Virus record (IMG/VR): IMGVR_UViG_3300017766_000487
Coordinates: 1 to 39,813 of that record
Length of the DNA stretch: 39,813 nucleotides
DNA from: a virus
Taxonomy: Duplodnaviria; Caudoviricetes
Reading direction: 5' to 3' (one strand)
In this document: in pieces, positions 38,414-39,813 of the stretch
Position numbering within the stretch: the stretch's first letter is position 1
How the letters are laid out: each line of letters opens with the position of its first letter
Position numbers and translations under genes: made by a program
Notes under the pieces: model-generated
The model's input: the letters and a program-made list of their open reading frames with translations, nothing else
Told to the model about the DNA's origin: nothing
The model's database searches: none

Positions 38414-38707
38414 ATGAGTAACCTAGACACAGACATAATAGACTTTATAGACTTAATAAATGAAACATTAAGCTATTCTTTTGTAGAAAAGTGGAGACAT
38501 AAGTATTCTGAGAAGTTCATAAAGCATTTTCAGCTTAAGGTTCTTGATTGTATGAATAAACAAAAACCAATGAAGCTGGAGATGTTATATAACTACTTAA
38601 CTAAGAAGTGTAAGTACTCACATGAACAAGTACATAACTTCTTTATCTCCATAGAGATAGATTTATACTACCCTTTTATTTACGGTTCTTATCCGAAGAT
38701 TCCTTGA
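38414..38707 (+). CDS. Small helical hypothetical protein
   Basis: 97 aa with an ATG start, filling otherwise non-coding space. Its 3' end overlaps the nuclease gene by 32 nt. Confidence 0.7.
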   Translation: MSNLDTDIIDFIDLINETLSYSFVEKWRHKYSEKFIKHFQLKVLDCMNKQKPMKLEMLYNYLTKKCKYSHEQVHNFFISIEIDLYYPFIYGSYPKIP

Positions 38708-39464
38708 TAGCCTTTAATTCTTCTACCTTCTTTGTTACTTCATTTAAGGTATTGAACTCTGGACAAGCCGACTTGTAGGCACACCAGTTACAGAAATCAT
38801 TCCTGCTAGGCTTCATGTCATCTAGCTTGCACTTACGAATCTTCCAGACCTCATCAACAATACCTTTTAGGTGTTGACCTATTTGAGGCTGTGAGTACTG
38901 AACATGAACAAATGTTCCAGTCAATGGATAGTAGTGTGCAGCAATAATCTGGTTTATAGGAACTTTGTATAGCGTGCTAATAGCATATACATACCCTTTA
39001 AGCTGAGAGTCCTGATAAAGGTCAACCTTACTCTTTTCCTTCTTGGAAGTCTTGTAGTCGATAATAAGGTATCCACCATCCTTACCCTTTACTATTCTAT
39101 CGATAACACCATTAAGGGTGATGTCATCCTTTACAGGAACTTCGAACGACAACTCGGTGGCTACTGTTTCTTGTAGCTGCTCGTTAAACTTAACGAAATT
39201 CTTTATACACGTTAAATCTTTGCCGTCGTACTTCTCTGATACCTTGTATGAACCCCTCACTTCTTCAGCGATACGGACAAGCTCCTCTTCAGACTTTGCC
39301 TTCACTCCGTTCTCAAAGATCTTGTGGACATAAGATCCAAAGTGAAGAGCGTCTGTGTTGGACTCTTCTGGTTCAGGTAGCCTGTCAACGTAACGGTAAC
39401 GATACTTCAACTTACACTGCTTAAAGGTTTGATACTTAGATTCGGAAATAGTTTGTATGTACAC
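38676..39464 (-). CDS. PD-(D/E)XK nuclease, Cas4/RecB/AddB-like, with four-Cys Fe-S motif
   Basis: ISESKYQTFKQC, FGSYVH, GVIDRI, IIDYKT, QLKGY, CNWCAYKSAC. GTG start. Confidence 0.9.
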   Translation of the reverse strand: MYIQTISESKYQTFKQCKLKYRYRYVDRLPEPEESNTDALHFGSYVHKIFENGVKAKSEEELVRIAEEVRGSYKVSEKYDGKDLTCIKNFVKFNEQLQETVATELSFEVPVKDDITLNGVIDRIVKGKDGGYLIIDYKTSKKEKSKVDLYQDSQLKGYVYAISTLYKVPINQIIAAHYYPLTGTFVHVQYSQPQIGQHLKGIVDEVWKIRKCKLDDMKPSRNDFCNWCAYKSACPEFNTLNEVTKKVEELKAIKESSDKNRK

Positions 39465-39813
39465 TATAGCACCTCAGTTTATTAGAGACTACATTACCAA
39501 AAACTTCTCATCTATTGGTAAGCTATCTGCTAATGGCCGAGAGTTTATCATGGAGTCGCTATTTGTAGAAAACGACTACAAGCGACACATGAGCGTTAAT
39601 ATAGATAGTGGTCTGTGGCAATGCTTCAAGACTGGAAGATCTGGTAACTTCGTAAGACTTTACGCAGAAGCAGAAAAGATTCCCTACTTTAAGGCTAACC
39701 GTGATCTTCTAATCAAGAACTTCTACTTCATTGGAGAAGATCTACCTAAGCAGTTCAAGGAGGAGCGCCAGCTAGAACTTGATACTAGCAGACTCATTCC
39801 ACTTAATATTGCA
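39457..39813 (+). CDS. DNA primase-like protein, N-terminal part (truncated by the window)
   Basis: Not in the ORF track. My translation is open for 119 codons: MYTIAPQFIRDYITKNF...ESLFVENDYKRHMSVNIDSGLWQCFKTGRSGNFVRLYAEAEKIPY. It resembles a DnaG CHC2-type zinc-binding domain. Confidence 0.7.
   Translation, partial: MYTIAPQFIRDYITKNFSSIGKLSANGREFIMESLFVENDYKRHMSVNIDSGLWQCFKTGRSGNFVRLYAEAEKIPYFKANRDLLIKNFYFIGEDLPKQFKEERQLELDTSRLIPLNIA

Noticed and set aside
781-39333. Short plus-strand ORFs in the track (781, 2975, 3706, 4559, 6144, 6347, 8625, 9723, 10428, 12039, 16438, 19718, 26734, 27329, 30992, 31613, 33070, 39118)
   Set aside because: All are antisense to well-supported genes, mostly with non-ATG starts and no recognisable motifs. 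They look like shadow ORFs.
38676-39464. Cas4-like gene as part of a CRISPR-Cas system
   Set aside because: No repeat-spacer array or other cas genes are visible. Solo Cas4-like nucleases are common in phages.
1-39813. tRNA/ncRNA genes or alternative genetic code
   Set aside because: Intergenic gaps are about 100 nt or less with no cloverleaf seen. Genes are full length in the standard bacterial code and use TAA, TAG and TGA stops.

Overview
This window is part of a large, AT-rich T4-superfamily myophage genome. Almost every gene is on the minus strand and the genes are tightly coupled. Read right to left, it holds a tape measure and baseplate module (tube initiator, gp53/LysM, hub, spike, LamG protein, gp25, gp6, large wedge protein), a block of fibre/spike proteins, and a head module (three small prohead-type proteins, gp21 protease, gp22 scaffold, gp23 capsid, gp13 neck, basic proteins). 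At the right end, a Cas4/RecB-like nuclease overlaps head-to-head with a truncated primase-like gene. I recognised no portal, terminase, sheath or major tube gene here. The main observations are: (1) the protease has a ~490-aa Lys/Arg-rich extension punctuated by a 13-aa motif, YxxhGxhhAE(A/G)hG (h = hydrophobic), which recurs in two separate basic proteins and suggests a capsid-targeting/cleavage tag with modular cargo; (2) CCWGG appears absent while CCSGG is abundant; (3) a TA(T/G)ATA late-promoter family recurs, with a bipartite variant before head genes; (4) a duplicated fibre-anchor domain is fused to an apparently inactive alpha/beta-hydrolase. All product calls come from motif recognition and gene order by eye; no searches were run.
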